NCBI GenBank assembly: GCA_035534715.1
Contig: DATLRJ010000020.1
Coordinates: forward strand, 6 to 64,005
Source of the DNA: Acidimicrobiales bacterium
Lineage (GTDB): Bacteria; Actinomycetota; Acidimicrobiia; Acidimicrobiales; Bog-793
Direction of reading: 5' to 3'
Length of the DNA stretch: 64,000 bases
This document shows positions 28,413-37,852 of this stretch, in pieces (positions within the stretch are counted from its first letter, which is position 1; the number at the start of each line of letters is the position of its first letter). The notes beneath the pieces were generated by a model. The model saw only the letters and a program-made list of their open reading frames with translations. It was not told the origin of the DNA and did not search any database. The position numbers were made by a program, and so were the translations under genes.

Positions 28413-28994
28413 TCAGGCCGGGAAGCCGCCCGTGTTCGTCCACGCGCCCGGCTTGCCCGCGGTCGTGCTCACTCCTGCTTTCGCCCCCGCCGCCGTGCAG
28501 GCCGCGCTGGTCGTGGCCGGGTACCAGCCGTAGTAGGTGTCCGTGCCCGTGTAGCCCGTGATTCCGAGGCCCCCCGTGCTCTTCTGGTCGGCGATCGCGT
28601 AGCAACGGTTGCTGCCGTTCCACGCGGCGAGGAACAGGTCGCTCGAGTCGACGACGTCGACGCTGATGACCTTGTTGCCCGTGGACGCAGCATTGCTCAC
28701 GTACGTGAGGCCAGTCCCCTCCTTCGAGATGTCGGACACCGACGTCGAGCCGATCAGGGACGTGTAGGTCCCGTTGTTCTGCGTGTAGTAGGTGTCCGCA
28801 CCGGTGAGCGCGGTCTGCAGGTTCGACGTCACCGCCGTGTTCGTCGCGCTCTTCGTCACCGTCAGGAACGTGGGGATCGCGATCGCCAGCAGGATGCCGA
28901 GGATCAACAGGACGACGAGGAGCTCGATGAGCGTGAATCCCTCATCGGCGCCCTCGGACATCTGCGAGAGATGCCGCTTGAGATGGGTTCGCAA
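28413..28994 (-). CDS. pilA: Type IV major pilin (prepilin with class III signal peptide)
   Basis: Leader ...GADEG then FTLIELLVVLLILGILLAIAIP with Glu5. AAGGAGG 5 nt before TTG 28994. S/T/G-rich C-terminal half. Confidence 0.85.
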   Translation of the reverse strand: MRTHLKRHLSQMSEGADEGFTLIELLVVLLILGILLAIAIPTFLTVTKSATNTAVTSNLQTALTGADTYYTQNNGTYTSLIGSTSVSDISKEGTGLTYVSNAASTGNKVISVDVVDSSDLFLAAWNGSNRCYAIADQKSTGGLGITGYTGTDTYYGWYPATTSAACTAAGAKAGVSTTAGKPGAWTNTGGFPA

Positions 28995-29190
28995 CTCTTC
29001 CTCCTTGGACTACGCGCCGACGCTCGGCTTCTGCGTACAACGACACGGCGTGACACTGCCTTGAGTGAAAATTCGCGAAATCCCCACGTTGAGTGCCCTC
29101 CAGGCGTCACCGGACCACGCAGCGTGGCGCGAACGGGCCACGGGGCACGCTCGCCCCCCTCACCCACGCTCGCTGCCCGTTGGGTCGCCG

Positions 29191-31581
29191 CTAGCCCACC
29201 GCCGGGCACGCGGGCGTCGTTTGGGTCGCGATGTTCGCGTCGCCGCACACGACGTAGCCGAGGTCCTGCCACGAGGTCACCGCCGACTGCAACGCGTACG
29301 GGGGCTGGAGGAACTGGAGCCGGCTGTCGAAGCTGAACTGCTTGTCGTAGCCCCAGGTCTCGCCGTAGCCCGAGATGAGACCGAACGGTCCTCGGTACTG
29401 GCTGATGTCCGCGCCGTTCAGGTGGACGCCGTTGCTCGAGTACGTCCCGTTGCCCTGGTCCCAGTACTCGACGCCGAACGCGCCGTTCAGCGAGATCACC
29501 GCGGCGTCGATGACCGGGTTCGCGATGTCGCAGTTCGGCCAGACGGCAGCCGGCTCGCCGATCGACGACCCGCTCGTCGGGTCACCGGACGTGCCACCGG
29601 ACAACGTCCCCGCGGTCGCGGCCGTCCCGTCGTAGGCGCACGTCGAGAGTCCGTTGCCCGTCGAGCCGAGGAGGCCCGTCATCTGCGAGACGGAGTACGG
29701 CGGCGACTTCACGGGGTGCGACACGAGCACGTTGTCGAACGCCTCGAGCCCGAGGATGTCCGGCGACGACCCGGTGGTGCACGCGGCGACGGACGACGGG
29801 TTGGCAGCGGATGCGGGCCCGTTCGTCCCGTCGGCACAGGCATAGGTGAGGTCACGCGTGACGATGATGTTCGCAGCAGACCCGACCGTGAGCTCGCCGC
29901 TCAGCTCGCCCTCGATGTAGGTGTCCCCCTCGAGGCAGGTCGCGGAGGTCTTCGTAACCGTCGGGAGTATCGGGTTGTTGGCCTGCGTCAGGTTCACGTA
30001 CGGGTTGATGCAGCCGGATCCGGTGCTGTTCAGCCCGTCCTGGACCGTCGGAGCGGTGCTCGCGGCGCCCGCGTTCTGCACGAAGACGACTCCGTTGGCC
30101 GGGAGCGGTACGCCGATGATGTAGGGGCCCGAGCTGCCGGAGAAGCTCTGGCCGAACGAGGTGAGCGAGGCGCCCGTCGGGCTCTTCCCCGTGCTGCAGG
30201 CGGCCGACGGGGCGTTCGCGCCGGTCGAGAGCGGGCTCCACACGTTCATCGTCGTGCCCGAGCTCGACGTGACGAGCGCGATCATCGTCGGCCCGGTGAA
30301 CAGGCATCCACCCGAAGCCGCAGCGGTCGCGAGCTGCGTGTTCCAGCTGGGGAGCACGAGGTTGCCGTTCAAGCTCGATCCGTGCACGAAGTTCGGGGTG
30401 TTCGGCTGACCGCAGAAGTTCTGGACCGGGTCGACCGTCGTGCCGCTCGGCGAGTAGTACGTCGTCCCACCCGACCGCACCGGCACGGAGCCGAGCCAGT
30501 CGTACGCGTACGCGGTGCTCGACGACACCCCGGACGTGTACGAGATCGGCGCGCCCGAGAACGTCGGCGACGCACAGACGTGGAGCTGGTCGTTCGAGTA
30601 CACGGGTCCGGCGAAGCTCTCACCGGTGTTGAAGTCGAACGTGCCGCCACACGCCTCCGCGGGCACCGTTACCGTCGCGCCGTTGCCGTTCGTGAAGCTG
30701 AACCGCTGGGCGCCGTAGAAGGGCCCGTAGTACGGGTTGCTCGGCGTGTACGACTTGTAGACGTCCCGGTACGGGCTGCCCACGGTCTCCGCGCCCACGC
30801 TCACGTTCTGCGTCTGGCCGAGCCAGTCGAGGAAGTCGTTTGCCTGGTACGTCTTGTAGTCGCACAACGCGTTCCACAGCGACGTCGTCGTGCTCACGCC
30901 GTTCACGGGGTACGTCACCTGGTAGGTCGTGATCCCCTGCGAAGCGCTCAGGCCGGTCACGGTCACGCCCGTCTGCTGCACGTCCGGGTAGAGCGGGTCG
31001 AGCACCTCGGTGTTCGAGAAGTACGCGTTCGCGAGGATGGAGCTCGTCGTGAAGCTCGCGCGCGCGGTCACGTAGACGTAGCTCCCGGGCGAGCCGCCGC
31101 GACCGGTCACGGTGAGCACGACGCGCCCTGCGTTCGTGCCCGACGTCGCGAACAGGGTCGAGTCGTCTGGCACGTAGTGGAAGGCCTCACCCGGGCTCGT
31201 GCCGCCGAGGTCGCACGCGGACGAGCACCACCCGCCCGTCTGCATCGCGGGGTCCGCGGGCGTCGACGGGTTCGACGCGCTGTAGAGGTAGTAGTTCGGG
31301 TCCGCGTCGAGGTGGTTCCGATACCACTCGATGCCCGACTCTGCCGCGGCGAGCGCGGCGTGCTTGTTGGTCGAGAGCACGACGAGCGGTGCGTCGCTCG
31401 TGATCTGCGACGCCATGAGCGGGCCGAGCACCGAGAGCAGGACCACGAGGATCACGATGATCACGATGATCTGGCCCGAGTCGTCCCGGCCGTGGCGCGT
31501 CGCGTCGACCCGCTCGCGGAGCGCGTGCGCGACGCGATGCCGCGCCCCCGGTCGGCTCCCCGGAGCTCGTAGGGCCGTCAT
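29191..31581 (-). CDS. Large PilX-like pilus assembly/tip protein (796 aa)
   Basis: N-terminal GQIIVIIVILVVLLSVLG hydrophobic helix without a G|F-x-x-x-E cleavage motif (PilX_N-like). Long S/T/G/N-rich extracellular region. ATGA overlap with the upstream gene. Confidence 0.65.
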   Translation of the reverse strand: MTALRAPGSRPGARHRVAHALRERVDATRHGRDDSGQIIVIIVILVVLLSVLGPLMASQITSDAPLVVLSTNKHAALAAAESGIEWYRNHLDADPNYYLYSASNPSTPADPAMQTGGWCSSACDLGGTSPGEAFHYVPDDSTLFATSGTNAGRVVLTVTGRGGSPGSYVYVTARASFTTSSILANAYFSNTEVLDPLYPDVQQTGVTVTGLSASQGITTYQVTYPVNGVSTTTSLWNALCDYKTYQANDFLDWLGQTQNVSVGAETVGSPYRDVYKSYTPSNPYYGPFYGAQRFSFTNGNGATVTVPAEACGGTFDFNTGESFAGPVYSNDQLHVCASPTFSGAPISYTSGVSSSTAYAYDWLGSVPVRSGGTTYYSPSGTTVDPVQNFCGQPNTPNFVHGSSLNGNLVLPSWNTQLATAAASGGCLFTGPTMIALVTSSSGTTMNVWSPLSTGANAPSAACSTGKSPTGASLTSFGQSFSGSSGPYIIGVPLPANGVVFVQNAGAASTAPTVQDGLNSTGSGCINPYVNLTQANNPILPTVTKTSATCLEGDTYIEGELSGELTVGSAANIIVTRDLTYACADGTNGPASAANPSSVAACTTGSSPDILGLEAFDNVLVSHPVKSPPYSVSQMTGLLGSTGNGLSTCAYDGTAATAGTLSGGTSGDPTSGSSIGEPAAVWPNCDIANPVIDAAVISLNGAFGVEYWDQGNGTYSSNGVHLNGADISQYRGPFGLISGYGETWGYDKQFSFDSRLQFLQPPYALQSAVTSWQDLGYVVCGDANIATQTTPACPAVG

Positions 31582-32639
31582 GACGCGTACACCGCAGTCC
31601 CCGCCGAGGTCGACGCGCTGTAGCTCGTCGCGGCCGGCGGGCTCGCGACGCCCGAGTACGTCGCGGTGACCGTGTACGTCGCGCGCGAGGCCGCGTAGAA
31701 CGAGCACGACGCCTGCCCGGTCGTCGAGAGCGACGTCGCGCTCGCGCAGGTGTTGGAGATCGTCGAGCTCCCCCGGGTCACGACCGCGGTCACCGAGCCG
31801 CCGTCGGGGACGGGCGAGACCGTGACGGTGAACGCGACCGTCGTGCCGTACGTCGGCGCGGTGTTGGGGAAGCTCACGACCGTCGCGGTCGTCGGCGCGG
31901 GGGCGTTCGCGTTCTGCAGGTACACGGTCGTCTGGAACGTCGTCGGCTGGATCGCCTGGAAGCCCTGGAGGGGCTTCTGCGGGCCGGCGAGGAAGGTGAC
32001 GTCGACGCCGACGGCGACCACGTTGCCGAGCGCGGCGCATGGATCGTAGGTGCCGACGAGCTCCTGTCCGGTCGCGTCGGGCGGGTTGGTCGTCGTCGTC
32101 GGAGTCGAGGAGCCGCACGACGGCTCGGTCGCGCCCACGCTCGCGTAGTAGTAGTAGGTGAACGGGTCGGCGGTGTTCACGACGTAATAGGTTCCGACCG
32201 GGTGCGGCGTGCCGCCCTGCGGTGTGATCGACACGACGAACGACGCGTCGGCGTTCGATCCGCTCGGCGGGACGAGCTGGGCCTCGAGCGTCGCGATGTC
32301 CTGCGTGGAGGTCGTGGTGTTGTACCCGGCCTCGACCGACGCGATGAGCGTCGTCGGCGTCGAGCCCGGGAGCACGGTCACCGCGCCGTGCAGGTACTCG
32401 AGCAGCGCGTTGCCGGCCGTCTGGTCCTGCTTCAGGCCGAGCATCGTGTCGTGGAGGTCGACGCTCTGCTGGCTCAGGTTGCCGATGAGGCCGTAGATGA
32501 CCGGCACGATGATCGCGAGGACCGCCATCGCGACGAGCATCTCGATGAACGTGAAGCCCGCGTCCCCCCGGCCCGCGGCCCGGGTGCGGGTGCGGGTGCG
32601 CGCGAACAGCGGTTCCGGAGGTGACCGACGCCGGCTCAT
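31578..32639 (-). CDS. Minor pilin-like protein with C-terminal Ig-like (Big_3-type) module (353 aa)
   Basis: GDAG then FTFIEMLVAMAVLAIIV prepilin motif. C-terminal YGTTVAFTVTVSP...TYTVTATYSG pattern. ATGA overlaps on both sides. Confidence 0.75.
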   Translation of the reverse strand: MSRRRSPPEPLFARTRTRTRAAGRGDAGFTFIEMLVAMAVLAIIVPVIYGLIGNLSQQSVDLHDTMLGLKQDQTAGNALLEYLHGAVTVLPGSTPTTLIASVEAGYNTTTSTQDIATLEAQLVPPSGSNADASFVVSITPQGGTPHPVGTYYVVNTADPFTYYYYASVGATEPSCGSSTPTTTTNPPDATGQELVGTYDPCAALGNVVAVGVDVTFLAGPQKPLQGFQAIQPTTFQTTVYLQNANAPAPTTATVVSFPNTAPTYGTTVAFTVTVSPVPDGGSVTAVVTRGSSTISNTCASATSLSTTGQASCSFYAASRATYTVTATYSGVASPPAATSYSASTSAGTAVYAS

Positions 32640-34237
32640 CCGACGGTCACCGAGATCTGCGAGGTCGTCGGCGACGAGCACACCGAGGAGCCGGGCGAGA
32701 GAGGCGAGGTCGAGGCGCACACGCCCGTCGGCGTCACCCACATGTACGCCTGGCCACCCGAGAACGTCACGGACGGGTTCGACCCGGTCACCGTCGCGCC
32801 GAGCTGGAACTCCCCGAGCGGCAGGCTCGTGAGGCTCGCACCCGTCCCGCCCGGGTAGTTGAGCGTGATCGTGTGCCCGCCCGAGTCCTTCGCGAAGAGC
32901 CCGGTCACCGAGCCCGCGTCGCTCTTCACCGTGAGCTTCAACGAGAGCGGGTACACGGGAAGCGTCACCGAGCCCGCGGCCGCCGCCGAGGCCGTGAGTC
33001 GGGTCGTCACCCCGCTCGTGCCGTAGTACGTGGCCGTCGGGTCGGCGTCGGTCGTCCCACCCGCGTACGCCGTGTAGTTCGCCCCGGCCGACGGGAACGG
33101 GAAGAGGAGCGCGGTCTGCGCCGAGCTCGCGCCGGTCGCGAACGCGCTCGTCGCGTTGCCGAGCACGCAGAGGCCCGCGCTGCCGCACGCCCCCGGGCTC
33201 ACGAAGGTCACCGGGAGAAACGGCGCAGGTGCCGCGGTCTTGTCCACGGTGTCGGAGAAGTTCACCGTGATGGGTGCTCCCTCGTCGAGCACGATCTGGC
33301 CGGTCGGCTGCGTGACGCTGTCGGCGGTGATCGCCATCGGCGCGAGCGTCGGCACCCCGCCCGCGGTCGCCGCGTCCGAGAGCTCGTTCGGGTCGACCCA
33401 GCCCGCGTTGCCCGACACCGTCACGGTGTACAGCCACCCGGTCGCCGCCCACAGGTTCGGGAAGACCGCGCAGCCGGTCGATCCCGTGTTCTCGGTCTCG
33501 GTGGTCACCGGCAGTGGCGTCCCCGACGGCTGGGCGCACGAGGAGAGCGAGCACGTTCCCGTCACGGTCACCGAGATGGGCGTCGCGGTCTCGAGCGTCG
33601 TCGGGAGCGCCGCCGGCGAACCGGGCGACGTGGTCGTCGTCGTCGTCGCCATGCTCGAGGCGGTCGTCGTGTACACGGGGACCGCGATCTCCCCGGCGCT
33701 CACGTTCGCGAGGTCGGCCTGGGCGGGCGAGATGAGCGCGCGCTCGATCACCGAGTTGCCGGCACTCGCGGACGCGCCCCAGCTCACCGTCGCGGACGCG
33801 CGCCACACCTCCGTCGAGGTCGCCCCGGGCGGCGCGGTGCACAGCGTCCCGACGCCCGACTGCGGCAGGACGGCGAGGTCGAGCGAGACCGTGAACTGGT
33901 CGCTTCCGGACATCGCCGTCGTGGTCGTCACACCGGTCGTGAGCGGCGAGCCCGCCGCGGCCTGGTACTGCGCGGTCTCGAGCGCCTGGGTCGCGAGGTC
34001 GACGGCCTCGGCGCGACGGTGAAGCGTGTTCGCGGAGCTGTGCGTCGTGATGAGGACCACGGTGAGGGGGAGCACGACGAGCGCGAGGACGAGCAGCGCG
34101 ACGAGCACCTCGACGAGCGAGAAACCCTCGTCGAGACGCGCGGCTCGGCTCTCGCGCGCCGCGCTCGCGTGGCGCCGCGCGGTGGCGGCGCGAGCGACTC
34201 GCGGGACTCGTTCCTCCGGGTGACGCGCGCACCTCAT
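32636..34237 (-). CDS. Large minor pilin-like protein (533 aa)
   Basis: LDEG then FSLVEVLVALLVLALVV prepilin motif after a 36-aa leader. Long T/S/A/G-rich region with paired Cys. Confidence 0.75.
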   Translation of the reverse strand: MRCARHPEERVPRVARAATARRHASAARESRAARLDEGFSLVEVLVALLVLALVVLPLTVVLITTHSSANTLHRRAEAVDLATQALETAQYQAAAGSPLTTGVTTTTAMSGSDQFTVSLDLAVLPQSGVGTLCTAPPGATSTEVWRASATVSWGASASAGNSVIERALISPAQADLANVSAGEIAVPVYTTTASSMATTTTTTSPGSPAALPTTLETATPISVTVTGTCSLSSCAQPSGTPLPVTTETENTGSTGCAVFPNLWAATGWLYTVTVSGNAGWVDPNELSDAATAGGVPTLAPMAITADSVTQPTGQIVLDEGAPITVNFSDTVDKTAAPAPFLPVTFVSPGACGSAGLCVLGNATSAFATGASSAQTALLFPFPSAGANYTAYAGGTTDADPTATYYGTSGVTTRLTASAAAAGSVTLPVYPLSLKLTVKSDAGSVTGLFAKDSGGHTITLNYPGGTGASLTSLPLGEFQLGATVTGSNPSVTFSGGQAYMWVTPTGVCASTSPLSPGSSVCSSPTTSQISVTVG

Positions 34238-34254
34238 CGACGTCGTCTGCGCCC

Positions 34255-34845
34255 TCAGGACGCACCCGTCGGGGTCTTCGGCACCGACGTCGTGTACGCG
34301 GTCGCGCTGATCGACGCGGTGTAGTTCGTGAAGCTCGAGGCGTTCAGGTTCCCGTTCCCCGAAAGGGAGACCGACTGGATCGTGAGGAGGCGGCTCATCT
34401 TGTACAGGTCGGAGATGAAGGCGAGGAGCTGGTCGTGCGGGCCCGACACGGCGAGCGCGACCGGGATCGTCGAGTAGCCGAGACCGCTCGGCTGCACGGA
34501 GTCGTCGGTCACGCTCTGCAGGCTCACGCCGTCGGCCACCGAGAGCCGGTACACCTGCACGACGAGGTCGGGCGCGTCCGGAGTCGACGGAATCGCCGTC
34601 GCGAAGTGCTTCAGGAACGGGGCGGCGGCCTGGACCTGCTTCGCCTCGGCGCGCAGCTGCACGAGGCGGAGGTCGAGTCGCGTCTCGGTCTGCTGCTCGG
34701 TGATCTGCTGCTGGTGGATGCTCGCGAGCTTCGACCCCTCCGGCGTCATCCACGCGAACCACCACGCGAGCGCGAGCACTGCGACGCCGAGCACCGAGAC
34801 GAGCACGGCGGGTCGACGGGCGAGGCTGCGGCTCGGGGCGCTCAT
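34255..34845 (-). CDS. pilO: PilO-like pilus biogenesis protein
   Basis: Single N-terminal TM, coiled-coil (QQQITEQQTETRLDLRLVQLRAEAKQ), then a small alpha/beta domain. ATGA overlap with pilMN. Confidence 0.65.
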   Translation of the reverse strand: MSAPSRSLARRPAVLVSVLGVAVLALAWWFAWMTPEGSKLASIHQQQITEQQTETRLDLRLVQLRAEAKQVQAAAPFLKHFATAIPSTPDAPDLVVQVYRLSVADGVSLQSVTDDSVQPSGLGYSTIPVALAVSGPHDQLLAFISDLYKMSRLLTIQSVSLSGNGNLNASSFTNYTASISATAYTTSVPKTPTGAS

Positions 34846-36551
34846 CGCTTCGGCACCTCGAACTCGGCGAGGCGATCGGTGTGGATCGCCCCGGTGACCG
34901 CGAGCTGTGCCGTGAAGTCCACGCCGTGCCCGCTGCTCGACACCCCGGAGTACTGCACGATCTCGAATCTCGCCGATGCCACCATCGCGTCGAACCACTC
35001 CTTGAACGAGGGATACTGCGGCCCGGAGAACGACAGGCTCACCGTGCCGACGGTGTCGGTGGGCGACGGGAGCGCCGAGGACGGGCCGGCCACCTGGCCG
35101 GTCGACGCGCTGGTCGCCGCCGTCGGCGCGACCGCCGTCGACCCGGAGAACCCGCTCGCGCTCACCGACGCGGGGGTGTACTTCGCGAGCGCCGCGAACA
35201 CCGCCGGCCAGTTCACCTCGTGGCTCACGATCGGCATGCCGATGCGCGAGTCGGCGAAGATCGCGTTGTCCTGCTGCTGGACCCGGTCGTACGCGGGGAG
35301 CTGCTTCTGGAGGTGCGCGATCTCTCCCTTGATGCTGCCGACGCCGTGCTCCGCGTTGCGCACCTGGAGGAAGCGCAGCGCCCCTCCGGCTGCGAGCGCG
35401 ACCACCGCGATGACCGCCGCGCTCTGGATCGTGCGGGTCGTGCGTGCGCGGCGACGCTCGACGAGGACCTCGGGCGGGAGCAGGTCGAGCGCCTTGCGAC
35501 CGGCGGATTCCGTCATCGCGGCGCCCGCGGCGACCGCGCCGACCGTGTCGGCGTGGATCCGGTCGAAGCTCAGGCGGCCCGTGTCGACGTGCTCGAGCCA
35601 GCTCGCAGTCGTCACGGGGACGCGGACCTGGTACTCGAGGCGCTCGACGAGCCCGGCGAGGCGCGAGCCGCCGCCGGTCACGACGACGCGCGAGACCTCC
35701 GGCAGGCCGGGGAGCGTCGCGAAGTAGTCGATCGAGCTCCGGATCTCGCCGAGCAGCGGCGCCGATCCGTCGCGCGCCGCCGCGACCGCCTCGGCCGGGA
35801 GGCGCCCCGCGTCGGTGGGCGACCAGCCGAGGCGGATCTTGATCTGCTCGGCGTCCGCAGCGGGGATGTCGAGCGCCGCGGAGATCGCTCGCGTGACGGC
35901 GTTGCCGCCGCCGGCGATCGTCCGTACGAAGTGCGGCTCGCCGAGCTCGTGGATCACGATGGTCGTGAGCTCGGCGCCGATGGAGACGATCGCCTCGACA
36001 CCCGGCTCCTCGCTCGCGAGCGAGCGCACGAGCGCGGAGGACGCGAGGTCGACGCCCTTCACGACGAGCCCGGACTCCGCGAGCACGTCGACCAGCGGCT
36101 CGACGAGCGCCCGGTGCGCCGCCGCGAGGTGCACGCGGACGAGCTCGGTGCCGTCCGGCGCGGTGACGGTCCCGAGCGTCCGCGCCGACAGAAGCGTCTC
36201 CTCCTCGGGGAAGGGGATGATGTCGAGCGCCTGCAGCCGGACCGCCGCGTCGAGGTCCGCGTCGGGAACGCGCGGCATGACGATCTCGCGGCTGATCGCG
36301 CGGAGCCCGGCGACCGCGAGCCAGACTTCGGGCGGTGCGCCGAACTTGCTGCGCTCGAGATGTGCGTTCTTCAGGCAGGCGGCGACCGTGCGCTTCACGG
36401 CCGACCGGTCGGCTACCACGCCGTCGGCCACCGCGCCCTTCGGGAGCGCGGCCTCGCCGAAGGCATGGACCTTCGCGCGAGAGCCGCCGCTGTCGATCTC
36501 GACAATACGCACGGAGGTGGCGGCCACCTCGATGCCGATTCGCCGCGTCAC
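34842..36551 (-). CDS. pilM: PilM-PilN fusion protein
   Basis: Actin-like PilM region (IGIEVAATSVRIVEI, VVTGGGSRLAGL). Then LLPPEVLVERRRAR plus a TM plus a PilN-like coiled-coil. AAGGAGGG before GTG 36551. Confidence 0.85.
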   Translation of the reverse strand: MTRRIGIEVAATSVRIVEIDSGGSRAKVHAFGEAALPKGAVADGVVADRSAVKRTVAACLKNAHLERSKFGAPPEVWLAVAGLRAISREIVMPRVPDADLDAAVRLQALDIIPFPEEETLLSARTLGTVTAPDGTELVRVHLAAAHRALVEPLVDVLAESGLVVKGVDLASSALVRSLASEEPGVEAIVSIGAELTTIVIHELGEPHFVRTIAGGGNAVTRAISAALDIPAADAEQIKIRLGWSPTDAGRLPAEAVAAARDGSAPLLGEIRSSIDYFATLPGLPEVSRVVVTGGGSRLAGLVERLEYQVRVPVTTASWLEHVDTGRLSFDRIHADTVGAVAAGAAMTESAGRKALDLLPPEVLVERRRARTTRTIQSAAVIAVVALAAGGALRFLQVRNAEHGVGSIKGEIAHLQKQLPAYDRVQQQDNAIFADSRIGMPIVSHEVNWPAVFAALAKYTPASVSASGFSGSTAVAPTAATSASTGQVAGPSSALPSPTDTVGTVSLSFSGPQYPSFKEWFDAMVASARFEIVQYSGVSSSGHGVDFTAQLAVTGAIHTDRLAEFEVPKR

Positions 36552-36604
36552 GTCGACCGCCCTCCTTGGTGCCCATCGTCACGCATCACTGGACCCCTCT
36601 CTCC

Positions 36605-37852
36605 TTACGACGGCTGGAGGAGCTTTACGTAGTTGAACATCGGCAGGTACAAGCTGACGACGATCGCTCCGATGCAGATGCCCATGAAGACGATGAGCGC
36701 GGGCTCGAGGAGCGAGGTCAGGCTGCCCACGGTCGCGTCGATCTCGTTGTCGTAGAACTGCGAGACCTTGTCGAGCATGTCGCTCACCGCACCCGACTCC
36801 TCGCCGGTCTCGACCATCTGCAGGACCATCGGCGGGATGATCGGGTGGTCCGCGAGCGTCGAGGCGAGCGACCGACCGTCGCGCACCCCCGCGATCGCTC
36901 CTCGTGCCGCGTTGCTCACGATGCGGTTGCTCACGTTGTCCGCAGCCATGTCGAGTGACTCGATGATCCCGACCCCGGACGCGAGCAGCGTCCCGAGCGT
37001 CGAGAGCATCCGCGACAGACCGACCTTCAACATCAGCGGACCGAACACGGGCGCGCGCAGCCGGAGGCGGTCCCACGTGAGCCGCCCGCGCTCGGTCGAC
37101 ACCCACCAGCGGACGGCGAACACCGCTCCGACGACGACCGCGACGACGGCGAGCGCCCAGATGCTCGCGACGATGTTCGACGCGCCGATCACGATGCGAG
37201 TCGGCAACGGCAGCGTCCCGTGCAGGCTGCTGTAGAGGTGCTTGAACGTCGGGACGACGAAGATCATCATCGCCGTGATCACGAGGACGACGACGAAGAC
37301 GACGACGACGGGGTAGGTGAACGCGGACCGCACCTTCGAGCGGAGCTCGACCCGCTTCTCGATCGAGTTGGCCAGCTTCAGCAGCACGACGTCGAGCTGA
37401 CCTCCGGCCTCGCCCGCACGGACCATCGACACGTAGAGCCGGTCGAAGATCTTCGGGTGCTTCGCGAGCGCGGCGGAGAACGACGTCCCGTGCTCGACCT
37501 CGCTTCGCACCGCGACGAGCGCGGTGCGAAGCGGCTTCGACTCGACCTGCGCCGAGAGGACGGCGATCGCACGCACGAGCGTGAGGCCCGACGCGACCAT
37601 GGTCGCGAGCTGGCGGCTCATGACCGAGATCTCCTTCAGGTTCACGCGATCGGTCAGGCCGGGGATGCGGATGTCGCGGTGGAGGTCGAGCGCTGAGGTC
37701 GCCTTGATCTCGATCGGCAGGTAGCCCATCTCGCGCAGCCGCGACGCGACGAGGGACTTGTTGTCCGCGTCGATCCTGCCCTTGACCACCTTCCCCGCGT
37801 TGTCGCGGACCCGGTACTCGTACGTCGTGACCGTCATCGTGGCCTCACTCAA
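36605..37852 (-). CDS. pilC: Type IV pilus platform protein (GspF/PilC family)
   Basis: Two T2SSF repeats (GLTLVRAIAVL, GVGIIESLDMAA). Alternative ATG start at 37837. Confidence 0.9.
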   Translation of the reverse strand: MSEATMTVTTYEYRVRDNAGKVVKGRIDADNKSLVASRLREMGYLPIEIKATSALDLHRDIRIPGLTDRVNLKEISVMSRQLATMVASGLTLVRAIAVLSAQVESKPLRTALVAVRSEVEHGTSFSAALAKHPKIFDRLYVSMVRAGEAGGQLDVVLLKLANSIEKRVELRSKVRSAFTYPVVVVFVVVLVITAMMIFVVPTFKHLYSSLHGTLPLPTRIVIGASNIVASIWALAVVAVVVGAVFAVRWWVSTERGRLTWDRLRLRAPVFGPLMLKVGLSRMLSTLGTLLASGVGIIESLDMAADNVSNRIVSNAARGAIAGVRDGRSLASTLADHPIIPPMVLQMVETGEESGAVSDMLDKVSQFYDNEIDATVGSLTSLLEPALIVFMGICIGAIVVSLYLPMFNYVKLLQPS

